DNA of 49,063 nucleotides, filler included, from Catajapyx aquilonaris (lineage: Eukaryota): assembly GCA_000934665.2 (NCBI GenBank). It is 2 parts of 2 records of this genome, joined end to end, with 100 filler letters (N's around TTAATTAATTAA, not from the genome) between each part and the next. Parts side by side here need not be neighbours in the genome. Positions count along the whole stretch, not along the records: positions 1 to 24,393 come from JYFJ02005522.1; positions 24,494 to 49,063 come from KZ539366.1. One strand, written 5' to 3'. This document shows positions 15,101 through 25,789 of this stretch, one piece after another. The stretch's first letter is position 1. The number at the start of each line of letters is the position of its first letter. A program made the position numbers and the translations under genes. The notes beneath the pieces are model-generated. The model did not search any database, had not been told where the DNA came from, and saw only the letters and a program-made list of their open reading frames with translations.

Positions 15101-18100
15101 ATGGCAATAAAGTCATGTTTACCAGACAACTTGAATAAAAACATGACCTTGTCACTATGTGCTGATACATCATTTTTTTGGTAGGATGGCAGAACAGGTT
15201 GGATGATTTCTCTCAAGTGTGACGTTCTTTAAAGACTATTTCTAGCCTGTTTAAAAAATGTCACCAATATAACAGACTGAAAATTGACACACATGATTGG
15301 ATATGTGGAAGAGTCAGTGCGAAATTTGTAACCATTTTTGTGCAATGGTAGATCATAATTATAATTGTCAAAATTGAAAGGACTTACTAAAGCCAATGAT
15401 TTGTGCAAGAATCATCTTTGATCACCAAGGTATCAATCTTGTTTCTGATATATTTATACCTTTTAGTGGAAGCACATATATGGACAACACACATGTTGAC
15501 CAGACAAACATGAGCCTAGGTGCTGCTGCACAAGCAAGGAATAATGTGGTGAGCATGAATGTATCGTGATTATACAGCAAAGATAATATTGAATTTGTTA
15601 CGTGATGGAATAATAATTGGGATCCAGATTATATAACTTTCTCATTATTTTACCAAAGAATTAATTAAATGGATTATATTTTCTTCCTTTTTTGTTATGT
15701 GCCATATGCTACTGCTTTGCATCATGTGTCATCGTCATATCCTGTACCAGGAGGAAATTTTGGGGGTAAGCTTTAGTGGTGTCCAAAGTGAAGTTGCTAA
15801 TGCGCTATTGATGTATGGAATGATCTTGTATGTAAAATGTTTATTCACAAAGAATGAAAAACCTGCTAGATAGAACTGCATTTCTGGTTCGAAATACATG
15901 GCACATGGTGTGTTTGTAAATTGACAAATCTGAACATGCATAATGGATAACATGGGGTGTTGTAACCATTGATGATATACTATTAGGCTATGCATTTGGC
16001 GGAGTAAAACAGGTGCTATGTGCAAGTTGCACACCCTTTGCACATACCACATGTGTGCAAAATTGCAAGTCCCCAAAGATTGACTACGTTTACATGGGAC
16101 TAAAAATTGGCCTACCTTAGGCTGCATAAGCAAGGCGAGCCTATGCTAAGCCTGCGAAGTATTTTGCCCCATATTGCCATTACTACATGGGACTCGCTGT
16201 CAACACTCAAGGACCAAGCAGAATTCTTGGAAAGGTACTTGGAAGGGAGGAGAGTGAAGATGGCAGGCATGCTGGTTCAGCTGCCATTGCTGGTCATTAA
16301 GTGGGGGGCATTGGCAATGAGTGCGTTTACATGGGACTAAAAATCGGCCTAGCTACGGCCGCCTATGCTAGGCGAATTGGTTTACTCCCATGTAGCCGCT
16401 GGGCCTACGATAGACCGGCCTTATCTGAGCCGTTGTCGGGTGCAGCCCAAGCCTTTTGGATTGGGTGGTCTACCTAAGGCGATGGCCTTGCTTAGGAAGC
16501 CTGGGTCAGGCCGATTTTTAGTCCCATGTAAACGTACTCAATGTGTCTAGTCATAGAGCGGAAAGCCGATGCAGAGCTGCAGGCACAGTGAGCTAGGTAC
16601 AGTGAAACCTGTCCATAATGGACCCTGAGTATAGTGGAAACTTGTCCATTGCAAGATTATTTCTGGGAACGGGCATAGGATATCCAATGTGTTTTTGACG
16701 GATATAGCAGAAACCTGTCCATTATGGAAAGAATTTTCTGGTCCCATGCAATTCTGCTATACATTTGCTTCACTGTACATAATCCACAGGCTTTTCTAGC
16801 ACAGCATGGTTGGTTGCTATCTTTCCTCCTCCCAACTACGTCCCTCCCTGGCTCTCCCCCTCACCTGCATTGCACATGCTTCCCAGGCCGGACCATGCTG
16901 GGACCTGCTGGAACCTTGTGGCAGTCAATCAACACCAATCACCTAGTGTAGACCACCTGGTCCAAAAGGCCTATCCAATGTAGACGCAGCAGCTGCATGG
17001 GAGTAACCCGGTTTGCCTTGCTTAGGCGGCCGTGGCTAGGCTGATTTTTATTCCCATGTACTGTAAACGTAGTCTTTGTGAACAGTGATGTGCCAAAAAT
17101 GGGGCGATCGTTGAATGTTGTTGCCGACTTGTGGATCACTGATATCCACTAGTGCTTGGACCAGTTCTACCTGGTTTCAGAAGTGAAGTGTGCATTTGCT
17201 CTTTCATTTTGAGGAAGAATGAAATATTATAGATTGAGATCAGGCAGGTGTGATGGAGGCTTCAGTACCTCTCATCTTCATCTGTCTGCAAGTCAGTCAT
17301 TCCTGCTCCATGGCAGAAGGCATTTCAGTCTGGCCACTTGTAATCACATCTAGGCATTGTCATTTTTATGTTCCTGTATCATCATGTGTTCTGCGCCATA
17401 TAAATACACAGAACTACTGTGTAGTACTTGACCAAAACTACTGTATTACATTCCATAGGGCGACACGGTGGCCTAGTGGTTAGCACCACAGCCTTCCACC
17501 TCCAAGGTCCTGAGTTCGATCCCCAGATTGGACAGAGGATACTTATGTGGATAGAGTTTCGATGGGTTTTCTCCGTGTTCGTGTGGGTTTCTCAGGGTTC
17601 TCCCATTTCCTCCCACAATCAAAACCCATCACAGGACAGGCGAATTAATAAAGTCAGTAAATGAAAAGAAGATCCTCTAAAATGCCTAAGGAGGCCTATC
17701 ATGGGGTATCCATTATTATTATTATTATTATATTATAATATTACTACATTCCATAAGGTACACCATTGTGAGTGTTCAGGTTTGTGGACAAAATACTATG
17801 TGCCATTACTTCTTTTCAATCTTATTTAAAATATCCTATTTAGTATTCTTTGGTACTAGTCATACAAGGCTTTAGAGCGTTCTGGTACGACATAGCATGT
17901 TTACACATCTGCTATCTATGTTTCTCCAGTTCAGTTCTGGTCAGAGGTGTCTTGTGTAATATTTGTAATTTTTGTGTAATATTTTGAACTGGACTATTTT
18001 GGTGTTAATTCAATAGGGTATGCGTTTCTTTTTTATCACCAGGGTGAAACTCTTGCTCGGGATAAAACAATGGGATCTGTAGACAAAGATAGGATGTGGG

Positions 18101-21100
18101 AGGCATTTGATTGCCTTATACCGAGTGTTTCTTGCAAATGGACAATCCCCACAGCATCAATGTTGAGGGACCAACCAGCAATGAAGCACACAACCAGACA
18201 CATGCACCTGTCCCTGGACCCATGTAGCAACACACATTACATCTTTTTGTAAAGAGATATTTCTTGGCAGATTGTTGGGATTGTGCCAGTTCATCTTGTT
18301 TGCAATAATCATTATCATGCTCATATCCTGCTGCCTAGGCACCCACTACAGGTGTCCAAGTCCATCTTCCAAGTGATCTGTTTACAAAAAGATGTAATGT
18401 GTATTGATGGATGTGTCCAGAGCCAGGCACATGTGTCTGGTTGTGTACCTCATTTCTGGATGGTCTATTGACATTTATCACCTGTACATTGTGATTTTTA
18501 TTGGGACAAGGATTATTCTGGCAATGGGATCTTCCACTAGTAAGAAACACCTTGTGTAACTGTTACACTGAGGAGTTGTGGTTGAGTCTCCCCTACTCCA
18601 ATCTCTCCAGCTCAATTCAATAGGCTGAATCTCTATTCACTATCAAACATCCAGGCATGCATGTGACAGTTTGGACACTTACTGCATTTATTTAACTACT
18701 CTGTGATGGAATTGGTTTCTGTAAAATAATCCCACGCTGCTATGGAATAGTATGAACAGTTATAAAGGTGCTTTCACATATACGCGATTTTACTCAAAAG
18801 CGAGCGAATTTCAGCTTTCAGCTTATTCGCGTCTGGCCAAAGGCATTCACGTATCGGCGATTTTCTCCTAGACGCGAGCTAATTTTGGTCACTCACCACA
18901 CAACTAAACTAAAAATCGCGCTCCTCTGGCGGAGCCAGATAGAAGCGAATTTTTGACGCGAGCGAATTTTAGAGCTGGTTCGAGCCACCCAGCGCTGCCA
19001 CGCGGATTTGTCGGCCTTCCTCGGCCATGTTAGGAATGCGGATGCCCGAGCTCGGAAGTTACCTATTTTTTTGTCGCAAACTCCTGACCCGTCCAGCATC
19101 CGCACCATGTCCAGCTCTTGCCCCACTTGGTGCACTGTGACCTGGACGCCCTTCCGAGGTCGGTACAGCAGCATTTTCACTGCCATACCGGCTGCCTCCG
19201 CAGCACAGGGCTCCGCCATCTTTCTCAGCCCAAGACCTCCCCCTGCCCACACCAACCCCGACCCCGTCCTCCCTCCTACCTGTGCTGCTGCACAGCGCAT
19301 GCTCCATAACTAGCGAGTAAGTTTTCTCGAATAGTGGATACGAAAATGCCTAGAAAATTTTCCAAAAATTCGCTCGATTCGTGATGTAAAAGACGCGAAA
19401 AAGCAAAACCTGAAAATTGCTCGCAAGTGTTTAGTCGCGTATATGTGAACGCACCTTAAGGCAATTTTAAATGTGTAGATTGCACAAATTGATGTGCCCA
19501 GTATGAAATGAGCTGTGGGTAGAATTGCTGTTTTATCACTTTGGCCCTGTCCATTAGCATTGAGGGGATGTGAGGGTCAGGATGGACTTGTGAACATAGC
19601 TAGAGGTGATGGTGAAAATTACTGGTCTTAAATCCCCTCCTTTCAAGCCTCCTTCTTGTGCAGGTGGAAATGGGCAGAGTCAATGACATGTTGCAGAATT
19701 TTACCGGAGATGGGGAAGCCCAAGAGGTGGGGTCAACCATTCTAAGTTGGTTCTACTGGATTTTGCCAGCTATGACCCCTTGTTGAGGCAACCAGGGGCA
19801 AACAGATTTATACACACTGCACAACAAATTTGTGTGTTGTTTTTGTTTTGCATGCAGCTACAAAGGAACTTCAGGGTTGAAGTGGATGAAAATTGATACA
19901 CTTGTAGCTTCACCATTCCTGTGGAGGTGGCCCAAGATGCAACACTATGCCTCTTCTAGTACCAACATGGGTGCACTCCCACTACTAAACCTAGTGGCAA
20001 TGCAACAAGTCTGACTGATAGGTATCATCAGTCCAAAAAGAATTGTCCCTCGCGTCGAGCGGGCAGCCACGCGTCAGGATGAAAGGAATAAGTTAACTGG
20101 TTGCTTTCATCCTGACACATGGCTGCCCGCTCGACACGAGGGACAATTCTTTTTGAACCGTTGATACAATTGCTTGAGCTTTGGCCAATTCCACTGCCTG
20201 AAAATTGCGCTGGACATGTTTCTATGGTACTTTGGCACCACCTTGGCCAGGAATACCAAACTCATGGTAGAGGATGGCGTCCCTGGCCATAGTGGTACCA
20301 AAGTTCATGTAAACATGTCCAGCACAATTTGCAGGCAGTGGCATTGGCCAAAGGCACGGCCAAAGGTACGGCCAAAGGTGATTAATTTGGGCCTGACAGT
20401 CTGATTTGCCCCATTTCTGCAGGAGTTAGTTATGGGAGGTGCACTCAGAGCCACCCTGAGTGTTACCAGGCAGAGCCTGGTGTTGCACTTAGGACAACCT
20501 ATACTGGAAGGGTGGAGCTCCCTGTGTAACAATTTTCATCCACTTCAGGCCAGCAGTTCCTTTGCCGCTGAGTGCTAAAAAGATATACCTTAATTTTGTT
20601 GTGCAGCACTCCAAAACAGCTCAAATAAGGTCACAAAAGTTCAAGCTAAACAAATGCCTGTAAATCCACATTTTTAACCTGTTGAGGGCGACGTCCATCA
20701 TATGAGGGCCTGCGGATGTTTGAATTTGGCTCTCTAAAATGTACACGGAGAATTTGAACTTTGCGGTTCCAAATTCAGTTCCATACTCCTGCCTTCTCTT
20801 GGATGGTGACTAAACTACCATGAGCCAAGCTGAGTCGAACATGCCAAGGCCACATGGGGGCTGCGTCATCTTTCATGTAAAAACACTCCCTGAGTACAAG
20901 GTGTCCGTAAAGTCTGGACCCTTGGGAGTTTCTCATAGTACAGTGTTGTGGTAATATTATGCAACCATAACAGCGTGGTGTACAGTGATCGTGTAAACTT
21001 GTTAGGCCCATCGACGTTATGCGAGCCAAACGATTATAAAAAATTATTTATGGAACACCCTGTAGATGCATTTTTTTCTGGCATTTTACATTAAAAAGGG

Positions 21101-22156
21101 TTGATATTCATTAATATCACTCCAACATCAAATTTTGGACAAAATAGAAAAAAACGGCTGAAAAAACAGCCGTCAACAGGTTAAGGATAAAAGAAAACCA
21201 CCCTCAGTGAAAGAATGTGAAATCACATTCATGAGAATGAGGCATTAGAGGCAAAGAGGCTTCCTCAGTTTTTTGCAGTCAACAAGTAGCACAGATTGAT
21301 TGCACCATGAACTGGAGCATTTTTTCTTTCTTTGTGAATTGACTGCCATCCTGTTAGAGTATACTGTTATTTTATTTCTGGAATTCATGATGCACTCTTC
21401 AGCAAAACTAATTAATTATTAATAAAATTATGATCACAGTAGTATTATCTTTTGTCAAAGGGGAAAAAAGCTCAAGGCTCTGTTTTTTAAAGTAGGGTTT
21501 TGCTGAAATTGCACCTTTTGTCCATTGTAACTATTTTATGCCCACTCCAGTGTTTCAAAGCTTGTGATAGTGAAAGTGCTTTTTAAAATATACATGTTCT
21601 TATTTAGGAATGAATAAGGATTCAGTTCTTTCTACCCTGAGCTTTGCAAATGCCAATTTTGTGTTGAAAGACATTATTCTTTTACATGTGGTAGAAATTC
21701 AAGTTTTTGTGAATGGCTTAATATCGCAAGGATGAAAATGTATTATATATGTGGCTTTTTAGGTAGAATGCATGGCATGTTACTTTTCATTGATAATTGT
21801 TGTTACGTTGGCTGTATGTTTCACAGATGCACTGCGAGTCAGATTTCGACGAGATGGAAGCATGGTTGCGTAGTAAGGTGTGTTCCCAAGTACTGGATGC
21901 ATTTTTTCTGTTCACCTGTTATATGCATGCCACTGAATATAAAAGGTTGCCTCTGTCATTGCAGCCAAAGGATTCCTCCAACCCTGTGCCAGCTCCTGAG
22001 TCATTAAGCAGCAGTGAATTTGATCGATTTTTGGCAGAGAGAGCTGCTGCTGCTGAAACACCTGCAACTACACAGCCAACTACCAATTCAACGCACCAGA
22101 ATCAACCACGGCGATTGGACAAAGAAGAACCAGAAGGATCATTATTTGCCTTGTAA
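899..22156 (+). CDS. TOM1L2: TOM1/TOM1L2-like endosomal adaptor (VHS + GAT domains), 11 coding exons, about 492 aa
   Basis: Exons 899-953, 3693-3862, 8433-8523, 8922-9112, 9169-9384, 9455-9579, 10601-10767, 11775-11913, 15467-15548, 21827-21877, 21965-22156; all GT-AG with compatible phases. VHS motifs [28 protein letters not shown] and [16 protein letters not shown] motif [28 protein letters not shown] clathrin-box-like motif; [28 protein letters not shown]-terminal LFAL. The symbol denotes family membership; the paralog cannot be assigned. Confidence 0.93.
4216..4374. mobile_element. Tc1/mariner (Tigger/pogo-like) MITE
   Basis: 22-bp TIR CAGTTGAATCCAGATATAACAG / CTGTTATATCTGGATTCAACTG flanked by TA on both sides. 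Confidence 0.8.
5168..5541 (+). mobile_element. tRNA-derived SINE, type A copy 1
   Basis: A-box TGGCCGAGATGG, B-box-like GTTTGATCC, (AAAT)n tail, near-perfect TSD ATGTTAYAAACC (5156-5167 / 5542-5553); second copy at about 41650-42006 (-). Confidence 0.8.
6064..6451 (-). mobile_element. tRNA-derived SINE, type B, full length with (ATT)n tail
   Basis: Minus-strand head GGGAGGCGAAGTGGCGCTGTGGTAA..GGTTCGATCCC; (AAT)n at 6061-6126; 14-bp TSD AAATGGAGCCTAAT at 6050-6063 / 6452-6465. Confidence 0.85.
6580..6820 (-). mobile_element. SINE type B, 5'-truncated copy
   Basis: Shares AGGATGACAGGAGGGGATGTGCAA..CCCCGGGTGG..CTCTGCACGAGATGAAGGG with 6233-6375; ends at the DNA element starting 6825. Confidence 0.7.
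6825..7694. mobile_element. Non-autonomous DNA transposon with 4-bp TSD (Sola-like)
   Basis: TIR GGGCAATTCCA / TGGAATTGCCC with TAAT on both sides; internal CGTTACGTAC repeats. Confidence 0.6.
7698..8267. mobile_element. Tc1/mariner-type MITE
   Basis: Imperfect TIR TACAATAAAACTTCTATAAGTTGAA / TTCGACTTATAGAAATTTTACTGTA; repeated subterminal TTCGA[G/C]TTA motifs. Confidence 0.65.
12087..12529. mobile_element. Kolobok-like MITE (TTAA TSD, AGG terminus)
   Basis: TIR of about 60 bp, AGGGACACTCCACTCAAAATACAAGTTG..; TTAA at 12083-12086 and 12530-12533. Confidence 0.75.
13294..13691 (+). mobile_element. 5'-truncated LINE 3' end (ORF2 C-terminal CCHC zinc knuckle remnant)
   Basis: CDWC..(frameshift)..DLFHMLFEC, stop at 13595, 3' hairpin and A-tail, 12-bp TSD ATAATCTTAAGG at 13282-13293 / 13692-13703. 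Confidence 0.7.
13991..14136. mobile_element. 146-bp near-perfect palindromic (hairpin) element, copy 1
   Basis: GTATCATCAGTCC..CAGTTAACTG..GAACTGTTGATAC, symmetric about 14063/14064; second copy at 20022-20167. Confidence 0.8.
14264..14599 (+). mobile_element. tRNA-derived SINE, type B head with poly-A tail
   Basis: A/B boxes (GTGGCTCCGCGG; GGTTCAATCCC), body similar to 6240-6450, 13-bp TSD AGGCAACTATTGT at 14251-14263 / 14600-14612. Confidence 0.85.
16082..17074. mobile_element. Harbinger-like MITE with a same-family copy (16319-16539) and a Tc1-like MITE (16600-16775) nested inside
   Basis: Outer TIR GACTACGTTTACATGGGACTAAAAATTGGCCT; inner TIR GAGTGCGTTTACATGGGACTAAAAATCGGCCT with AAT on both sides. 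Confidence 0.6.
17458..17744 (+). mobile_element. tRNA-derived SINE, type C (V-domain-like core)
   Basis: A-box TGGCCTAGTGG, B-box GTTCGATCC, core GAGTTT..TCTCCGTGTTCGTGTGGGTTTCTCAGGGTTCTCCCATTTCCTCCCAC, (ATT)n tail, TSD TACATTCCATA at 17447-17457 / 17745-17755. Confidence 0.8.
18766..19456. mobile_element. PIF/Harbinger-like non-autonomous element with GC-rich interior
   Basis: TIR AGGTGCTTTCACATATACGCGA / TCGCGTATATGTGAACGCACCT, TAA TSD on both sides. Confidence 0.75.
20022..20167. mobile_element. 146-bp palindromic hairpin element, copy 2
   Basis: Nearly identical to 13991-14136; symmetric about 20094/20095. Confidence 0.8.
20678..21180. mobile_element. piggyBac-like MITE
   Basis: TTAA-CCTGTTGAGGGC ... 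GCCGTCAACAGG-TTAA. Confidence 0.7.
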
Positions 22157-23113
22157 AATCGGTGAGTGTGAGGTAATTAAAATGACACCCACCAGTCAAA
22201 TGCAAGTGGGCATGTCATAGAACATTCACGGTGATGGAGAAGGTGCACAGATCTTCTTTTCTCGGCTTTTGATTGGAATATAATATGAACTCTCTCTACT
22301 TGATTTGTAGTTTCAATGCCATTGTGAATGATAATAATCAAGTGTCATTTCTCAAGCTATCACCTTTAGTGTAGGTCTCAACTGTAGGGGAATAACCTGC
22401 TAGTTCATTTTCATACCACCCTGTGTAGCCGAATCCATCCAACAGGATATTTCATATCATTCATATGGGTGGTCGCAGGAAAAGTGACTGTTGATTATTA
22501 TCTTTGTAACAGAGTGGAAAGTGCTACAATGAACTGGAAATATTTTTTTTGTAGACATTTGAAAGGAATCAAATCACACCTTTGCCATCACCCTGTAGAG
22601 GAGAACAAGTCAATGGTTGATTTGCCTGGGCCCCATGTACTGTACAGTTGCCAAAATATTTTTGTGGCTGGGAGCAGTAGTCTGTGCTGAAGCTGCTGGA
22701 ATGTGACAGGTGACCCTGCTATTAGTCTGAGATTTTTTCCTTTTTCTTTTTTGCAATGAGCAAAGTTGACACAGTGTGCACCTGGTGAGGGGAGAGGGGC
22801 ATGTGCAAGATAAAGGGGGAAAAACCAGATGTGCAGCAGAAACACCTGTTTCATTCCAGTGACCTCAATACTCAATGCCACCTCTGGCCATGAAAATATT
22901 TGGATCACTCTAAATTGCTAAATTTTGTTGACATCACACATTTCCATCACTAAGTCTCAAAAAAGAGATGAAAGGATAATGTAGCTTACAGACCAGGAAT
23001 TAACATATGCAAGAATGCCAAGAGGTGTGTGTGCATATGTGGGGGGAATATGTTCTTGATTTACCTCTTATCACCAATTCTTACGGCACATTCATTGTGG
23101 TGTGGGTGTTCAC

Positions 23114-23119
23114 AATAAA
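23114..23119 (+). promoter_or_regulatory. Candidate polyadenylation signal of the TOM1-like gene
   Basis: AATAAA about 960 bp after the stop codon. Confidence 0.35.
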
Positions 23120-23476
23120 ATAGAATATATCGACTACTTCTGACCTCATTTTGGGAAAGTGTGACAGACGTCTAGATGGGCCTTGGACAAATGACAACTT
23201 GTTTTCGTAGGGCCCATTTACACTTACAAGGACAGCCTGTTAACTGGACTTGAGCAGATTTCCATGAGACTGGCACAATAGATGTATCATTCATCAAGAA
23301 TTCACTGGTAGGAGTAATTTTTTGTTGCAGCCAGCCATTTATGAACTGTGAGGGAAAAGATAATAGTGACCTTTACATACAATCACAATGCAAGTAATGG
23401 CAGGAAGCATGAGAAGTCGATAATAGGCTCATAACATGGGTCTCATAAATGAAGGAAACTATGCAGTGGCTGGATA

Positions 23477-24393
23477 TACGAGGGTGGATCAAAAAGTCTT
23501 GGGCCTGAGATATTTTCATTCACATGACAATAACCAAATTTGGTCACTTTTCTACGTAGGCCCCTCCTAGCTCAACACCCTTCTCCCATCTGTGTTCTAG
23601 TCCTTGGATGTCGAGCAAAAAAAAGTTTTGCTCCTGCCCCCCCAACCACTCATCAACTGCAGCTACCAGCTCTTTGTCTCCTCCATATTTCCTCCCACGA
23701 AGGTGTTCCTTCAACTTTGAAAACAAAAAAAAATCGGAGGGGGCCAAGTCTGGTGAATAGGGGGGATGGGGAAGCACCTCGAAGCCACAATCATGAGCTG
23801 CGCACTGTGCAACACGTGATGAATGTGCAGGTGCATTATCTTGATGCAGCAGCACTCCGCGCCGCAACTTTCCTCGCCTCTTCTCCTTGATGGCTTCCCT
23901 CAGCTTCTTCAAAAGGTCAGCATATTAGGTTCCTGTGATCGTCTTCCCATGTTCCAGGTCCCACAAGCAACACCCCTTCCGAATCCCAAATAACACTTGC
24001 TAACACCTTACTCCCCCTCGGAACTTGCGGGGGGGAGGGGAACTGAATGCCGCCACTCTTTGCTTTGTGCTTTGCTCTCAAGATCATAGTGGTGTAACCA
24101 CGTTTCGTCTTGGGTGACATACTGTGCCAAAAACTTGTCAGGATCAGCTTTGTACCGGGCCAGGGACGTCTTAGAAAGCAGCGCTAGAGTCCTCTTCTGA
24201 TCTGGCATCAACATTCTCGGTACCCATTGGGTGCAGACGTTATGGAACGCCAGGGTACTGGTCAATATTGATTGTACAGTATCGTAAGATATGCCCATCG
24301 ACAAAGCTATCTCATGGACAGTCAATCGTCGATTTTCAAGAACCATGTCGTGTAATTGGTCAACTTTTTCTAGGGTGGTTGCAGTGGCAGGGC
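23477..24393 (-). mobile_element. Mariner (DD34D) transposon with frameshifted transposase, cut by assembly gap
   Basis: Motifs WVPRML, VTQDETW, KVLASVIWD, LHQDNAPAH and HPPYSPDLAPSDF spread over three frames; terminal TACGAGGGTGGATCAAAAAGT. Confidence 0.93.
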
Positions 24394-24493
24394 NNNNNNN
24401 NNNNNNNNNNNNNNNNNNNNNNNNNNNNNNNNNNNNNTTAATTAATTAANNNNNNNNNNNNNNNNNNNNNNNNNNNNNNNNNNNNNNNNNNNN
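24394..24493. other. Assembly gap with artificial linker (44 N + TTAATTAATTAA + 44 N)
   Basis: Exactly 100 nt; the central 12-mer carries stop codons in all six frames. Confidence 0.9.
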
Positions 24494-24529
24494 TACTACT
24501 GTACAGTGGTGTGTTCAGTACTCTGCCGG

Positions 24530-24800
24530 TGTAGCATGAGAACACCTTTTTCAGTGCAACCCGCAAGGCTAAAAACCTGTTCAACCAGCTTCAAACCACG
24601 GCACTCTTGCCTTGCATTTGCCGTGTGCGCCTGGCTCAATTCAAACAGAAAGGACGTGACGTCACGCCGTAGGGCCGTAATAAATAAATTTATTACTGCC
24701 GTATTTCTAATTGTTTTATAAAACGACCAGGGTTGTCACCACCTACGATTTTTCCCCACCCCCTCACCCGCGCTTGACCCGTGACTCTGAAACACTCTGC
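24530..24800. mobile_element. Partial copy of the Tc1-like MITE at 38220-38621
   Basis: Shares CAGTGCAACCCGCAAGGCTAAAAACC..CACCTACGATTTTTCCC..TTGACCCGTGACTCTGA. Confidence 0.75.
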
Positions 24801-24987
24801 AGTGCTGTCCTATTGAAAAAGGGCACATCTGCACATTGTGCCATTTGAGCCAGACAACCTGATAGAAGACATGCCCTTAATGCAGTGTGCAGATGTGCCA
24901 TTTTTTTGTTATGATGGCAGAATAGTTCTTGCCTTCTGGTATTTCAAAACTTCACTGTTGCTGGCATGAGTTGGCATGAACATGATT

Positions 24988-25789
24988 GAAGAGCAATTTC
25001 CCAAAACAAGTTCAGTCCACATTTGCCGAAAATGAGTTATACCCACAGCCTTGTAGCCCTTACCCAGATCTATCGGTTAGGTCGAACAGGCACTCCGAAA
25101 ACCCGTTCCGTTTGCTCGGAACTGGGCTCCAAAGTTTGCGATCTTTCCCAGAACAAGTTCGTATTTCCGACCTGTCTCACCAAAAACGAGTTCAGTCCAT
25201 CTGCGTATGCGTAGTCGCGAGAGCGGCTAATCAGCACCTTTCAAAATGGCGGCCGCTCACAGTTTGGGTAATAGGTGCCATGTTTGATCATTAATGGAGT
25301 TAAAATGATATATTTTGGGAAGCCTAATGCAGTGGGAGGATTATGCTGAGTTCCCAGTGTGCAGGAAATATTATTTGGAATAAAATAATTTGTTGCAGGG
25401 AAATCAATCATTCTGGTTGTATTGGTACTTCTGCCTAGCCTTTCAGATGGGGTAATGAAGCAAGAAATTAATGAAACAGTAGCTTGTACTTGAGAAACTT
25501 AAATTGAATGCTCTTTTAAGCCCCACTTCACATTAAGTTTCTCTGAAAACAAGTTCAGTCCATGGACTGAACTTGTTTTTGGAGAGATTTTGAAATTTAA
25601 ATGACCCCATTTCTGTCCCTTCAATACTATGATTTTCTCACACAATACCATGAAAAAGTGCGTCAGATTAGACGCAGAACATATCAAAGATGAAATGCTA
25701 AAACCTACTAGGTTTTGAAATAGACAGTTTTTTCTCTCTCCTGAAAAATGTTGCAAAGGGACTGAACTTGTTTTGGGAAATCGCTCTTC
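24988..25789. mobile_element. Non-autonomous DNA transposon (Sola-like)
   Basis: TIR of about 31 bp, GAAGAGCAATTTCCCAAAACAAGTTCAGTCC; flanks GATT/AATT; internal repeats of AACAAGTTCAGTCC. Confidence 0.65.

Noticed and set aside
23544..24346. Active or domesticated mariner transposase
   Set aside because: Coding sequence is split over three frames with a stop, and is truncated by the gap.
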